Assembly: GCA_030141605.1 (NCBI GenBank)
Contig: JAQGDQ010001762.1
Location: 1-26,414, forward strand
From: Tubiluchus corallicola
Taxonomy: Eukaryota; Animalia; Priapulida
Length of the DNA: 26,414 nt
Reading direction: 5' to 3'
The notes under the pieces were generated by a model that saw only the letters and a list, made by a program, of their open reading frames with translations, was not told the origin of the DNA and made no database searches. Made by a program: the position numbers and the translations under genes. Below, one piece after another: positions 1 to 12,626 of this stretch; the first letter of the stretch is position 1, and each line of letters starts with the position of its first letter.

Positions 1-2719
1 TGGAGTGGATCAGGTCCAGAATCAGTGCCCTGTAGTAACGTGGAGTGATTCAGGTCCAGAATCAGTGTCCTGTAGCAACGTGGAGTGATTCAGGTCCAGA
101 ATCAGTGTCCTGCAGCAACATGGAGTGAATCAGGACCAGAATCAGTGCCCTGCAGCAACATGGAGTGAATCAGGTCCAGAATCAGTGTCCTGTAGCAACG
201 TGGAGTGATTCAGGTCCAGAATCCAGATCAGTCCTGCAGCAACGTGGAGTGATTCAGGTCCAGAATCCAGATCAGTCCTGCAGCAACGTGGAGTGATTCA
301 GGTCCAGAATCCAGATCAGCCCTGCAGCAACGTGGAGTGATTCAGGTCCAGAATCACTGTCCTGTAGCAACGTGGAGTGATTCAGGTCCAGAATCAGTGT
401 CCTGCAGCAACATGGAGTGGATCAGGTCCAGAATCAGTGCCCTGCAGCAACATGGAGTGGATCAGGTCCAGAATCAGTGCCCTGCAGCAACGTGGAGTGG
501 ATCAGGTCCAGAATCAGTGCCCTGCAGTAACGTGGAGTGGATCAGGTCCAGAATCAGTGCCCTGCAGTAACGTGGAGTGGATCAGGTCCAGAATCAGTGT
601 CCTGCAGCAACATGGAGTGGATCAGGTCCAGAATCAGTGCCCTGTAGTAACGTGGAGTGAATCAGGTCCAGAATCAGTGTCCTGCAGCAACATGGAGTGG
701 ATCAGGTCCAGAATCAGTGCCCTGCAGCAACGTGGAGTGAATCAGGTCCAGAATCAGTGTCCTGCAGTAACGTGGAGTGGATCAGGTCCAGAATCAGTGT
801 CCTGCAGTAACGTGGAGTGGATCAGGTCCAGAATCAGTGCCCTGCAGTAACGTGGAGTGAATCAGGTCCAGAATCAGTCCTGCAGCAACATGGAGTGGAT
901 CAGGTCCAGAATCAGTGCCCTGCAGCAACGTGGAGTGGATCAGGTCCAGAATCAGTGTCCTGCAGCAACATGGAGTGATTCAGATCCAGAATCAGTGTCC
1001 TGCAGCAACGTGGAGTGGATCAGGTCCAGAATCAGTGTCCTGCAGCAACATGGAGTGATTCAGATCCAGAATCAGTGTCCTGCAGCAACGTGGAGTGGAT
1101 CAGGTCCAGAATCAGTGTCCTGCAGTAACGTGGAGTGAATCAGGTCCAGAATCAGTCCTGCAGTAACATGGAGTGGATCAGGTCCAGAATCAGTGCCCTG
1201 CAGCAACGTGGAGTGGATCAGGTCCAGAATCAGTGCCCTGCAGCAACGTGGAGTGGATCAGATCCAGAATCAGTGTCCTGCAGCAACGTGGAGTGGATCA
1301 GGTCCAGAATCAGTGTCCTGCAGCAACATGGAGTGATTCAGATCCAGAATCAGTGTCCTGCAGCAACATGGAGTGATTCAGGTCCAGAATCACTGTCCTG
1401 CAGCAACATGGAGTGATTCAGATCCAGAATCAGTGTCCTGCAGTAACGTGGAGTGGATCAGGTCCAGAATCAGTGCCCTGTAGTAACGTGGAGTGGATCA
1501 GGTCCAGAATCAGTGCCCTGCAGTAACGTGGAGTGGATCAGGTCCAGAATCAGTGCCCTGCAGTAACGTGGAGTGGATCAGGTCCAGAATCAGTGTCCTG
1601 CAGCAACATGGAGTGGATCAGGTCCAGAATCAGTGCCCTGTAGTAACGTGGAGTGAATCAGGTCCAGAATCAGTGTCCTGCAGCAACATGGAGTGGATCA
1701 GGTCCAGAATCAGTGCCCTGCAGCAACGTGGAGTGAATCAGGTCCAGAATCAGTGTCCTGCAGTAACGTGGAGTGGATCAGGTCCAGAATCAGTGTCCTG
1801 CAGTAACGTGGAGTGGATCAGGTCCAGAATCAGTGCCCTGCAGTAACGTGGAGTGAATCAGGTCCAGAATCAGTCCTGCAGTAACATGGAGTGGATCAGG
1901 TCCAGAATCAGTGCCCTGCAGCAACGTGGAGTGGATCAGGTCCAGAATCAGTGTCCTGCAGCAACATGGAGTGGATCAGGTCCAGAATCAGTGTCCTGCA
2001 GCAACATGGAGTGGATCAGGTCCAGAATCAGTGCCCTGCATCAACGTGGAGTGATTCAGGTCCAGAATCAGTGTCCTGCAGCAACGTGGAGTGGATCAGG
2101 TCCAGAATCAGTGTCCTGCAGTAACGTGGAGTGAATCAGGTCCAGAATCAGTCCTGCAGTAACATGGAGTGGATCAGGTCCAGAATCAGTGCCCTGCAGC
2201 AACGTGGAGTGGATCAGGTCCAGAATCAGTGCCCTGCAGCAACGTGGAGTGGATCAGGTCCAGAATCAGTGTCCTGCAGCAAAGTGGAGTGGATCAGGTC
2301 CAGAATCAGTGTCCTGCAGTAACGTGGAGTGAATCAGGTCCAGAATCAGTGTCCTGCAGCAACGTGGAGTGGATCAGGTCCAGAATCAGTGTCCTGCAGT
2401 AACGTGGAGTGGATCAGGTCTAGAATCAGTGCCCTGTAGCAACATGGAGTGGATCAGGTCCAGAATCAGTGTCCTGCAGTAACATGGAGTGGATCAGGTC
2501 CAGAATCAGTGTCCTGCAGTAACGTGGAGTGAATCAGGTCCAGAATCAGTCCTGCAGTAACATGGAGTGGATCAGGTCCAGAATCAGTGCCCTGCAGCAA
2601 CGTGGAGTGAATCAGGTCCAGAATCAGTGTCCTGCAGCAACATGGAGTGGATCAGGTCCAGAATCAGTGCCCTGCAGTAACGTGGAGTGGATCAGGTCCA
2701 GAATAAATGTGCTGCAGCA
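1..2719. repeat. 40-bp minisatellite/satellite array, about 68 units, continuing off the window start
   Basis: Unit TGGAGTGGATCAGGTCCAGAATCAGTGTCCTGCAGCAACG repeated head-to-tail. Three 44-bp variants at 201-332; recurring 38-bp variants near 857, 1135, 1853, 2131 and 2529. The last unit degenerates into unique sequence near 2700-2720. Confidence 0.97.
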
Positions 2720-2769
2720 ACTCCAATCAAGAAAGTGGCAGGCCTACAATCGTTATCTTTAATAATGGA

Positions 2770-2956
<187 letters not shown>

Positions 2957-3049
2957 AGGAAGCAATCTGAAGCAAAACTGACCATAAGAATAGATATTAC
3001 CAGGGCTTGAGCATCATCTACATGTTATATCAACAATCCGGGCTTGTTT

Positions 3050-3900
3050 AAAGTAAAATGCTTAATGAAAGCAGAAGAAAGCACTCTTGATATATAAAAC
3101 TAAAAAATTCCTCTTGAGATTTTATGTAACTTTCGTGCTGTCTTATTGCGTATAGAGCTTGTGTTAGCAGTAATGCTGCATAAAACTTGAATATTTAAAC
3201 TCCCGGCAATGTCTGTTAAGTGCAGCCGTTTTAACAGCAAGTCAATTGAAATAAGTTTATATAACAATGCACAAAGTTTGAAAATATAATCAGAGCATTT
3301 GTAGCGCACTCTTCACTAACTAAGCAAAAGTCTAAATTGCTTTATATTGTCAATAAGATCAACAATGCGTTTTCTGTGAATCAGTGGTGCATACTGGGAT
3401 TGTGAAACAGTGAAACGTTTTCCCAGTTGTCATAAACAATTTAAAACAGCAATTTTCTTTTCCAATTTAACAAGTTTTTCGAACAAGTAAACGAAATTCT
3501 TAGCTAATTTTGTACGGGAAGTTCTTTGGGAAAATTCCCGTTTAAAAATTCCTGAAATTCTTAGCTAATTTTGTATGGGAAGTTCTTTGGGAAAATTCCC
3601 GTTTAAAAATTCCTGAAATTCTTGGCTAATTTTGTACGGGAAGTTCTTTGGGAAAATTCCCGTTTAAAAATTCCTGAAATTCTTAGCTAATTTTGTACGG
3701 GAAGTTCTTTGGGAAAATTCCCGTTTAAAAATTCCTGAAATTCTTAGCTAATTTTGTAGGGGAAGTTCTTTGGGATGCATTCTAAAATTTCCGAAATTCT
3801 TTGGCAAGAGAAAACTATCATTTTACAACGAAACAAATCCAACACAACATCAGTACATAACAAAATGGATTTGCTTAAATTTAAACTACATTTTTTTACA
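3050..3900 (-). mobile_element. Inverted, diverged partial copy of dispersed repeat family A (putative Kolobok-like non-autonomous DNA transposon), left half
   Basis: The reverse complements of 3130-3205 and 3362-3429 align by eye with 5464-5540 and 5319-5386 (e.g. CAATCCCAGTATGCACCACTGATTCAC vs CCATCCCAGTGTGCACCACTGGCTCAC). The reverse complements of 3481-3520 and 3760-3792 align with 12720-12790. Boundaries are approximate. Confidence 0.7.
3493..3803. repeat. 61-bp minisatellite, about 5 copies, inside the family A copy
   Basis: GAAATTCTT recurs at 3493, 3554, 3615, 3676, 3737 (period 61) and 3793. Unit GAAATTCTTAGCTAATTTTGTACGGGAAGTTCTTTGGGAAAATTCCCGTTTAAAAATTCCT. Confidence 0.95.
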
Positions 3901-4436
3901 AAAAGGTTTTCCATGTCTCCCAACGTCAGAGCAATGGAGGACAATTCGAGCAATCCCCACGTGCTGGTTTACTGGATAAAGATTGATTGCCGAAACGGTC
4001 TGTTTATCGAATTTTACTGCCCATACGAAGCAGATCTTAATCATAGAATGAATGGAGTTACAGCACTGGCACGTTGGAATTTATTCGATAAAAAAGAGTC
4101 GATTCGTGTGGGCACTACAAATCAGCCACTGCCAGTACAAACAGCTTTGTCGTTCCTTGTTCCATTCCTGCGTGTTGAACGTTTCTTAGAATTTTGTCAG
4201 CAGAAGGAATTTGTGCTTATAATAAATTGCAGCTCAACTTTAGTTGACCACAGTCAAGGCCTGAGTACAATAACCGGTCATAAGCAAGAGTCACTTGGAT
4301 TTCTTAGTTAAAGCTGAGTCATCATCGGCTAGGACGCTAGGTCATCATCATTAACTAAGCTTATGGGTTGCTTATTATTGTTATTATTAAAAAAGTTTAT
4401 TCAAAATGATACAATAAGCCCTCATAGGCTCAGTTA

Positions 4437-4809
4437 TGTCATCACTGTCGTCGTCATCATCATCATCGTCGTCATTTATCGCATTTATTGTTGGCCTGAT
4501 GGTGATGACGATGATGATGATGACATCATCATCGTCATCGTCATTTATCGCATTTATTGTTGGCCTGATGATGATGGCGACGACGACGATGATGATGGTG
4601 ATAACGATGACGACGACGACGGTGATAATAATGAGGATGATGACAAAAGCGATGATTATGAATATGATGTGATGATGATGGTGATAATGGTGGCGTGATG
4701 ATCGTGACGACAATGACATTGACGATGACGATGTTGATAACGAAGATGTTAATGATAATAATGATGACGACAACGACGATGACGATGACAATGATTATGA
4801 TGATGATGT

Positions 4810-4846
<37 letters not shown>

Positions 4847-4918
4847 CATTGTGATGGTGATAATGATGATGATGACGCCGACGAAGATGATGATGATTAT
4901 GGTGATAATGACGGTGAT
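4437..4918. repeat. Degenerate (GAT/GAC)n microsatellite with inverted (CAT)n segments and a duplicated spacer
   Basis: Directly visible. TTATCGCATTTATTGTTGGCCTGATG occurs twice (about 4476 and 4545). Confidence 0.92.
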
Positions 4919-5099
4919 CCTTTAATTATATTAATACAATTTTTGAGGACATTTATCTAGTTATATTTGAAAATCCAACATTGGGTCAACGAAATCAATC
5001 AACAGTAGATCACGTGTACGTTGGCTTCCCAACGGGAATGCATTTTTTTAAATTAGACTATAATAGTTTGATAGCCTAACCGACCAACTTAGCTCTAAA

Positions 5100-6181
5100 A
5101 GGACCGGCGCACCTACTAAGGAACAAAAAAATAGTTTTACACAACTGTATGTCCTGCAGGACAAGAAAGAGGAATTTTAACATATATCTCAACGTATATT
5201 TCCATACAAAGTTATATTACCTAGCATTACTCTTACCTGTGTGAAATACTACTTTGAAAGACATAAGTTTCTTAATGTAATCGGAAAATAGAATTCTTAG
5301 TAATTCAAAATGTCTGCGCAACTGTTAAAACATCATTGTGTCACCATCCCAGTGTGCACCACTGGCTCACCAAAAAACGCATTCTTATTTATACAATTCA
5401 AACTTTCAAGATTTATCCACTGTTATGTAAACTTGTTTCAAACGACGTACGACTACGGGCATCGCGGGAGTTTCAATATACGTGTTTTATACAGCGGTAC
5501 TGCCGACGCACATTCTGTTAGCAATAAGACAGCGTGCAAGCAACGCAAAATTTGAAAAAGATTTATTAAGCTTTTTTATCAAGAACGTTTTCTTGTTCAT
5601 TAAAGTTAAAATGGAGTTTATTTTTCATTTACAACCTTTAAGAATAAACAGAAGCCATTGTGTAAACACGAGTTCAGAATAAAGAATGCTCTGAAATATT
5701 GAAAACTAAAATAGCTTATTTTAAATTAAAGCTTAGATTAAATAATAAGTAACTCAGATACTCAAATTTTGTTAAACTTTCAAAGCTACGTGCGGCTCAG
5801 TGAATCTACTAAGATTGGCAGCGGCGCTTTTTTGTCACATTCGCGTGGCCGACAAATAGAAGGCGGTGCTGTGATAACTATGATCATGAACTGCAGCGTT
5901 AGTTTCTGAGGTAGAGACCATTTTCGAGCTATCACGCGTTTAAGCAGTAACGCTTACGCAAACGTGCTTGACGCGCAAGGGAAGGCGTCTGCCATTGCAA
6001 CAAACTGTGGTTAGTTTCTGACGTAAGCAATAGCTGTGTTTGGTTGCCGTTAATTAACTTTCTAAGCTAATTAATCAAATATAAGAAACAATTGTTAACT
6101 TTTGGACAGTATATTTGAAAACGTATATTTTGGACAGTAAATTAAAATGAGATTGAGTTTAAACAATCGTCCGGTCTTCCT
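5100..6181 (+). mobile_element. Family A element, apparently full-length (about 1.08 kb); putative Kolobok-like non-autonomous DNA transposon
   Basis: Left end TAAA|AGGACCGGCGCAC, right end GTCCGGTCTTCCT|TTAA. The right end of the sister copy (22733-22745, reverse complement AGGAAGAGCGCAC) matches the left end at 10/13. The left part matches 12668-13165 and 3050-3900(-); the right part matches 22361-22745. AG...CT termini with a TTAA target are characteristic of Kolobok. No transposase ORF. Confidence 0.65.
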
Positions 6182-6439
6182 TTAAACGTGACTAAAGATA
6201 GTAAGCCACTACGTGACTTGCGGGGTCTTCCCTAGAAGCAATTTTCAGCTGCTAATATTCTCATAAATCACAGGGTGGGACGTGACTAAGTTCATCTCAT
6301 AATATCATTAATCATTAGAGAAGACTTAAAGTCCATAATCAAAATTAATATACATCACTGTTTAAGAGAATGAGGCAAGTGTTTCACCCACTTTGCGTTA
6401 TGACTATTAATATCATCGTGTCGCCGTCGCCGTCGCCAT

Positions 6440-7233
<794 letters not shown>

Positions 7234-7415
7234 CATTGCAGTTTCATTGCATTTGCAAACTCCACCGCGGCTTGGTGGTACATGGCGACCACCGAACAGT
7301 CGATAGTACACGAAGTTGCCACGTAGTGTCACAATACCTGAAAATTCGGTATTTTATTCCTGGAAAATTCGGTTGTGCAAACACTTTAACAAAGATTTTC
7401 AAGCTAGTGGTTTAA

Positions 7416-8539
7416 AGGAAATGTCAAGCTTTCTAGGAAGTTTCAATGTTCGCAAAAATGTTAGAAGGATTTAGTAATAAAACTGCAATAAGCGCCTCGT
7501 GTAACAAATAAAATTATTTTAAAGTCGCGAGCACTTCATGGCCGGGTGCTCCATTTTCAATGCCCATTGTTCTTCCAATGACGTCATTCGCGTTGAAGAA
7601 AAGTAGCGCACTGTCAATCTTCATCTAAAGTATAATTAGTTTTTATAAAAAATTAGATAGCTAATTTTGAATTATTTTTGCGTGAACATCAGGTGAACTG
7701 CAAAAATATGAATTAGTCTCAGCAGCGCGCTCTTACGGAAAGCCACTATGGGATTTCGAAAAGTCACGAAGTCTGCCAGTTACGTGATGATTTTAAGACG
7801 AATGGCTGCAACCACCAGGCCTGAAAATAGTTATTCAGAGGTAGCATATTTTAAATTTATGCTTTATAGGCAGTTTTTTGCAAATTTCTTTGTTATATTT
7901 TTCTAAGTTTTAACTGATAACATTAAAATAAACCCAACATACTGAGTGACTTGTTCTTTCCTTTAACACACCACAAACAGTTTAACTGATAACAGTAAAA
8001 TAAACCCAACATACTGAGTGACTTGTTCTTTCCTTTAACATACCACAAACAGTTTAACTGATAACATTAAAATAAACCCAACATACTGAGTGACTTGTTC
8101 TTTCCTTTAACACACCACAAACAGTTTAACTGATAACATTAAAATAAACCCAACATACTGAGTGACTTGTTCTTTCCTTTAACATACCACAAACAGTTTA
8201 ACTGATAACATTAAAATAAACCCAACATACTGAGTGACTTGTTCTTTCCTTTAACACACCACAAACAGTTTACGTGATAACATCAAAATAAACCCAACAT
8301 ACTGAGTGACTTGTTCTTTCCTTTTAGCACACCACAAACAGTTTACGTGATAACATTAAAATAAACCCAACATACTGAGTGACTCGTTCTTTCCTTTAGC
8401 ACACCACAAACAGTTTAAGTGATAACATTCAAATAAACCCAACATACTGAGTGACTCGTTCTTTCCTTTAGCACACCACAAACAGTTTAAGTGATAACAT
8501 TAAAATAAACCCAACATACTAAGTGACTTGTTCTTTCCC
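7416..8539. mobile_element. Family B putative Kolobok-like non-autonomous element whose right terminus is tandemly amplified
   Basis: Left end TTAA|AGGAAATGTCAAG (7412-7428). Right end CTTGTTCTTTCCT|TTAA (first at 7950-7966; reverse complement AGGAAAGAACAAG, 10/13 match to the left end). The final copy of the terminus ends with TTAA at 8540-8543. Confidence 0.55.
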
Positions 8540-8543
8540 TTAA
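7906..8543. repeat. 72-bp minisatellite, 9 copies (last partial)
   Basis: ACTGATAA/GTGATAA recurs at about 7913, 7985, 8057, 8129, 8201, 8273, 8346, 8418 and 8491. Unit TTTAACTGATAACATTAAAATAAACCCAACATACTGAGTGACTTGTTCTTTCCTTTAACACACCACAAACAG. Confidence 0.96.
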
Positions 8544-11007
8544 CTCATAACTGGCTTCACGTAGCTCAACTACCCCCCCCCCCCCCATTGTCCTCAATGA
8601 CCCATGCGCAGGCACGCTCTCGTCATTGGCTGATTGGATTGCAAATTATCCTGTAATCCGTTGATGATGACGACGATAACGGTTCGTTCAATTATCCAAC
8701 CCTGAAGCCCTTTTCTCACAACACACCACCCTGCTTTCCAACAAGTGCTCTCCAGAAGCCAGACAGTGTGGCTTCCTTGACTGCCTCTTTTCAGTTGAAC
8801 GGCGATTGTCTCACGCCACTTGGGAATCATATTCCCCGGATTACAGACAGGAGCAGGTCAAATCAATGCGAAGTTGGAAATTTGAGATCAATTTAGCATT
8901 GAAATTGTTTACAGTCAGTCTATCACTGTAAAACCAGACAGGATGACTTTTCATATGCTACCCCACTTCCGATAGAAAGTATACATTTTTTAAAACACAA
9001 TTAATACTGCAAAAACATTTCTGATAATTAAATAATAGATTAAAAACTTAATTAACGGCGGGCGAGCCCAACTATTGATGACATCACAAACTAACATAAT
9101 TTTCAACAGCAAAAATATTCCACGAGCGTGTTGCACGTGTTTGCAAAAGCGAAAATTGAAGTACAGTGCTACTGTAAGATATTCAGTGTGTTGTACTAAA
9201 ACTAGGCAAGTTTTAAGATAAAAATTCAAATTTCAAATTTACCACTGTGTTCTAAATACTGAAACAGGCTCCAGTGAATTTTCTTTTTTATATTATTAGT
9301 GAGGATGATGGTTAACACATACATGTAAACCAGAACTTCTGTAGCCCCGCAGTGGGAGAGTTATGAGCCTTACAACTTAACCTCTCCTTGGACTCTTAAC
9401 AAAGAGCCGAATTTAAAAAATCCCGTTCTTTGTTACTACTAATAGTATATCAGAAAAAGTTAGGATACCAGAAGACAATGTCTGGGTCTATGTACCAGCC
9501 AACTTACATTGACCCATCTATAATAGTTTATACAGGAGAAAAAGTTAAAATAACCCCCCAAAATAGCGATTTTTTCCCTCTTTTGAGGTCAATTTCTTGA
9601 TGTGGTCATTTCTCTGCCAATAGTAGCTCGATCGATTTGATATCTTAGTTACATGGTTTTGGGGGGTCGCCCTTCATGTTAGAAAAAAATGATATAAATT
9701 CGTCACCCCTCATGTGCCACCCTCTGCATGGTGCTCTCGCGGACTCGTTCTTAAATTTTCTGAAGCAGCACCCCACTAATTTTAGCAGCGAGACGCCATT
9801 GCATATAAAAGCACTGACGCTCGTCCTCGGCGTCCAGATAAAATTATAATACACTGTCTTGTAATTTTACTCCTCATATATTATTATATTTATTATTCTC
9901 TTGTGAAACTGAGTAACAATTTCGACGACTCTCGCGCGAAGTATAAATCAAAAATCACGTTACTGATATGATAAATTTGCAGAAAAACCTTTTCTCGTTA
10001 TCGTGGAAAAGTTTGGAGCAAATGCGTCTCTTGCAAAGCATGTCACCAGGGGTGTAAGAAAAGGCAGCTGCAGCACCACAAAAATTTTATTTTGTCTAAC
10101 TGTCTGTCACCAGTTAAGTCATAACTCATTTATTTCACATTCCACATTTACAATAGTTTCATGTACAATATCTAGTGGGCCTACAATGAACGTGATACAA
10201 ATAAGAAATACTGCACAGGAAAAGCCTCAAACACTGTTCACATCTATACAAATGTAAATGTGTTGCGGGCAATCAAAAAGCAGGGCTTGTTAGATTGTCC
10301 CACACAGTGAAAGAAAAAAATAGTAATGGAAATAATCTGAAAATTTAAAGTGAATCGTATGATAAAGAAAACATTTAGTGCTTAAAATGGAATGATGTAA
10401 TGAATGAAACTCATATATGAGGTGATATAAAAGATAGAAAGACTATTATCTGTTAACATGTTGACATGTTGAATGTAGACTTTGAGTAAGTTCCTACAAT
10501 TATGGTCTCAACCTGAGAGAAATCAGCATATAAAATATCTGCAGACTTGAGGAATCGTAGGCTACCATTATAATATCCTATTTCAGCTGTTATCTAATAG
10601 ATATGTCTTTGGTTCTGCACATTTGCATCAAGAATCAATGAAGATTCTGCCATTACATACTTTGGTCTCCAAGGATAATTCCATGCATATCATTTACAAC
10701 TTTTATCAGATGGCAACCGTTTGGCTAATAACATTACTGTTGGTCCTAATTTCGGGCAGAGTCACACGTAGGGCGTCTGGTCAGCACTGTCAGTACCACA
10801 TAAATTGTCTATTGCTGGTTTTTTTAGGGTCCAGGATTGATAAGCCACAATTTGCATTTAGTTTTAGTTGGTACCTCATTCATTCGATCCAGTTCTCACT
10901 TTGACCCTACATTTGGGGTCAAGCAGGCACACCCATACCACTTAAAACGTGGTGTTATCCATTCCGAGCTTTTGTGATCATGTGCTACAATATAATGTAA
11001 AATAACA

Positions 11008-11019
11008 ATGATGTTGATG

Positions 11020-11051
<32 letters not shown>

Positions 11052-11190
11052 GATGATGGAGATGATCATAAGGATGATGGTAATGATGATGAAGATAATG
11101 ATGATGATAATGATGATGAAGATGATCATGAGGATGATGATAGTGATAATAACAATGATGGTAATGATGATCATGATGATCATGATGATG

Positions 11191-11226
<36 letters not shown>

Positions 11227-11234
11227 GCAATAAC

Positions 11235-11311
<77 letters not shown>
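11008..11311 (+). repeat. Compound (GAT)n-(AAT)n microsatellite
   Basis: Directly visible. Confidence 0.96.
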
Positions 11312-11312
<1 letters not shown>

Positions 11313-11750
11313 TTCTTTTATTTTCCTAAACTGGTAGGTTAACATTGACCTTGAACTTCAAACTAACCTTATAATCTTCAAAGCTGAGTCGTCAGCGGAA
11401 GTTAGTCAGCTGTAGCGCCACGCACTTCCGGGGACCCGCAAGAAGACGATCTTGCACGGCTGTATGAATGGCTTGCTGAGAGCTAATGGTTAAAACCACT
11501 CGAGCCGGGAGTTTGGTTTGATGCAAAACAGAAATTGATTATGATTATGGGGGTCGTGCGAGTAATAACGACCTACATTAGCTGTAGCAATCAGGCAAAT
11601 GTACGTTTCAAGTTTCAAATCAGCAACAACAGTTGTTTGGGCTTTCAAAACCAAATTTGAAGCTCGATTAAATTTGGTCTTTCTTTGCCCTTTATTTGCC
11701 AGAACATGTCATTCCATCTAAACATAAGAAATTAGTGCCAAAAAATAACA

Positions 11751-11903
11751 AATTGATTTAACTCTTTATTTCGAACCAAGTTCATAGAATACAAGACATA
11801 CAATAATTACATAACATACAATAATTACAAGACATACAATAATTATAACTCCTCCTCTCAACACATGCAAATTAATACATAAATAAATAAAATAACAGTA
11901 CAA

Positions 11904-11939
<36 letters not shown>

Positions 11940-12626
11940 ATCATGCGTCCAGCCGGAATCCACACCCATAATTTCTACCTAACACTTTCCTCCACTGGTC
12001 TCTTATGACTGAAGTGTAAAATGCTTCACTGTTATTCAATGCGTTTATAAGAAGATTTGAGCTTTGCATTACTCTACTGTATAAACTGTATGCAGTTTTC
12101 CTATGTATTACATCAAAGTATAAAACGTCGTGGTCTACTGAAATGGTCCTAGAACTATAATCATATGGGTAGTTGAAAAGTTTTCGTTTTGAAATATTGT
12201 GAGCTACTTTAAGTTTGCTGAGACTGTAGCTATAAAAATGTCGCCAGGTGGCCATACCGTAGAAAGAATTACAATAAGAGTTGAACAGATGAGTTTTGAC
12301 ATTAGGTGAACAATGATGAAATTTTCTAAGAATACGGTTCGCTCTAGCACAAAACAGACTTCGTTGTCTGATAACATCCATGTCATCTTTGTTATCACTG
12401 GTGATGATATGGCCAAGATACTTTTCTGTTTCACACGGTATAATTATTTTACCGGCTACCTCAAGTGAACGGAAATTGAACCCACACATACTGGGGGGTG
12501 TAATTGTTATGAGTTTAGTCTTATCGACGTTTATTACTATGTCATGACTATTCGCGTAATCAACATACATATCAACCAAAGTTTGTAAAGCAGTGGTAGT
12601 GGTTGTTAAAGTAAATAAACAAGTAA
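11751..12626 (-). mobile_element. 5'-truncated LINE (RTEX-like): C-terminal part of RT ORF plus 3' UTR, with 12-bp TSD
   Basis: ORF 11941-12639(-) contains INVDKTK, EKYLGHII and RKFHHCSPNVKTHLFNSYC, collinear with the RT at 25419-26282. Its 3' end TATGAACTTGGTTCGAAATAAAGAGTTAAATCAA matches 26372-26406. Identical CAAAAAATAACA at 11739-11750 and 12627-12638. Confidence 0.9.

Noticed and set aside
1-2719. CRISPR array or repeat-protein gene (ORFs 337-2762)
   Set aside because: Units are head-to-tail with no unique spacers and no cas genes, in a eukaryotic context. The 40-bp period cycles through frames, and stops are scattered.
2692-2757. Possible SLC16 exon 2 (DNDCRPATFLIGVAAA resembles the MFS loop GCR motif)
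   Set aside because: It lacks the expected TM2 (AWxGS...) segment and hits a stop at 2694-2692 without a donor. Probably chance.
3744-4311. ORFs 3744-3953, 3770-3979 and 3775-4311
   Set aside because: They begin in repeat-derived sequence and show no recognisable domain or splice support.
7906-8543. CRISPR-like repeat/spacer pattern
   Set aside because: The 14-bp 'spacers' are near-identical, so this is a simple tandem array.
8594-8830. Minus-strand ORF with CAG|GGT TGG ATA as a candidate exon 2
   Set aside because: Wrong phase for the phase-1 donor at 15899, and no SLC16 similarity beyond one Trp.
11470-11525. tRNA or tRNA-SINE head (AGCTAATGGTTAAAACCACTCG...GGTTTGAT)
   Set aside because: The A and B boxes are degenerate, and I cannot define a cloverleaf, tail or TSD.
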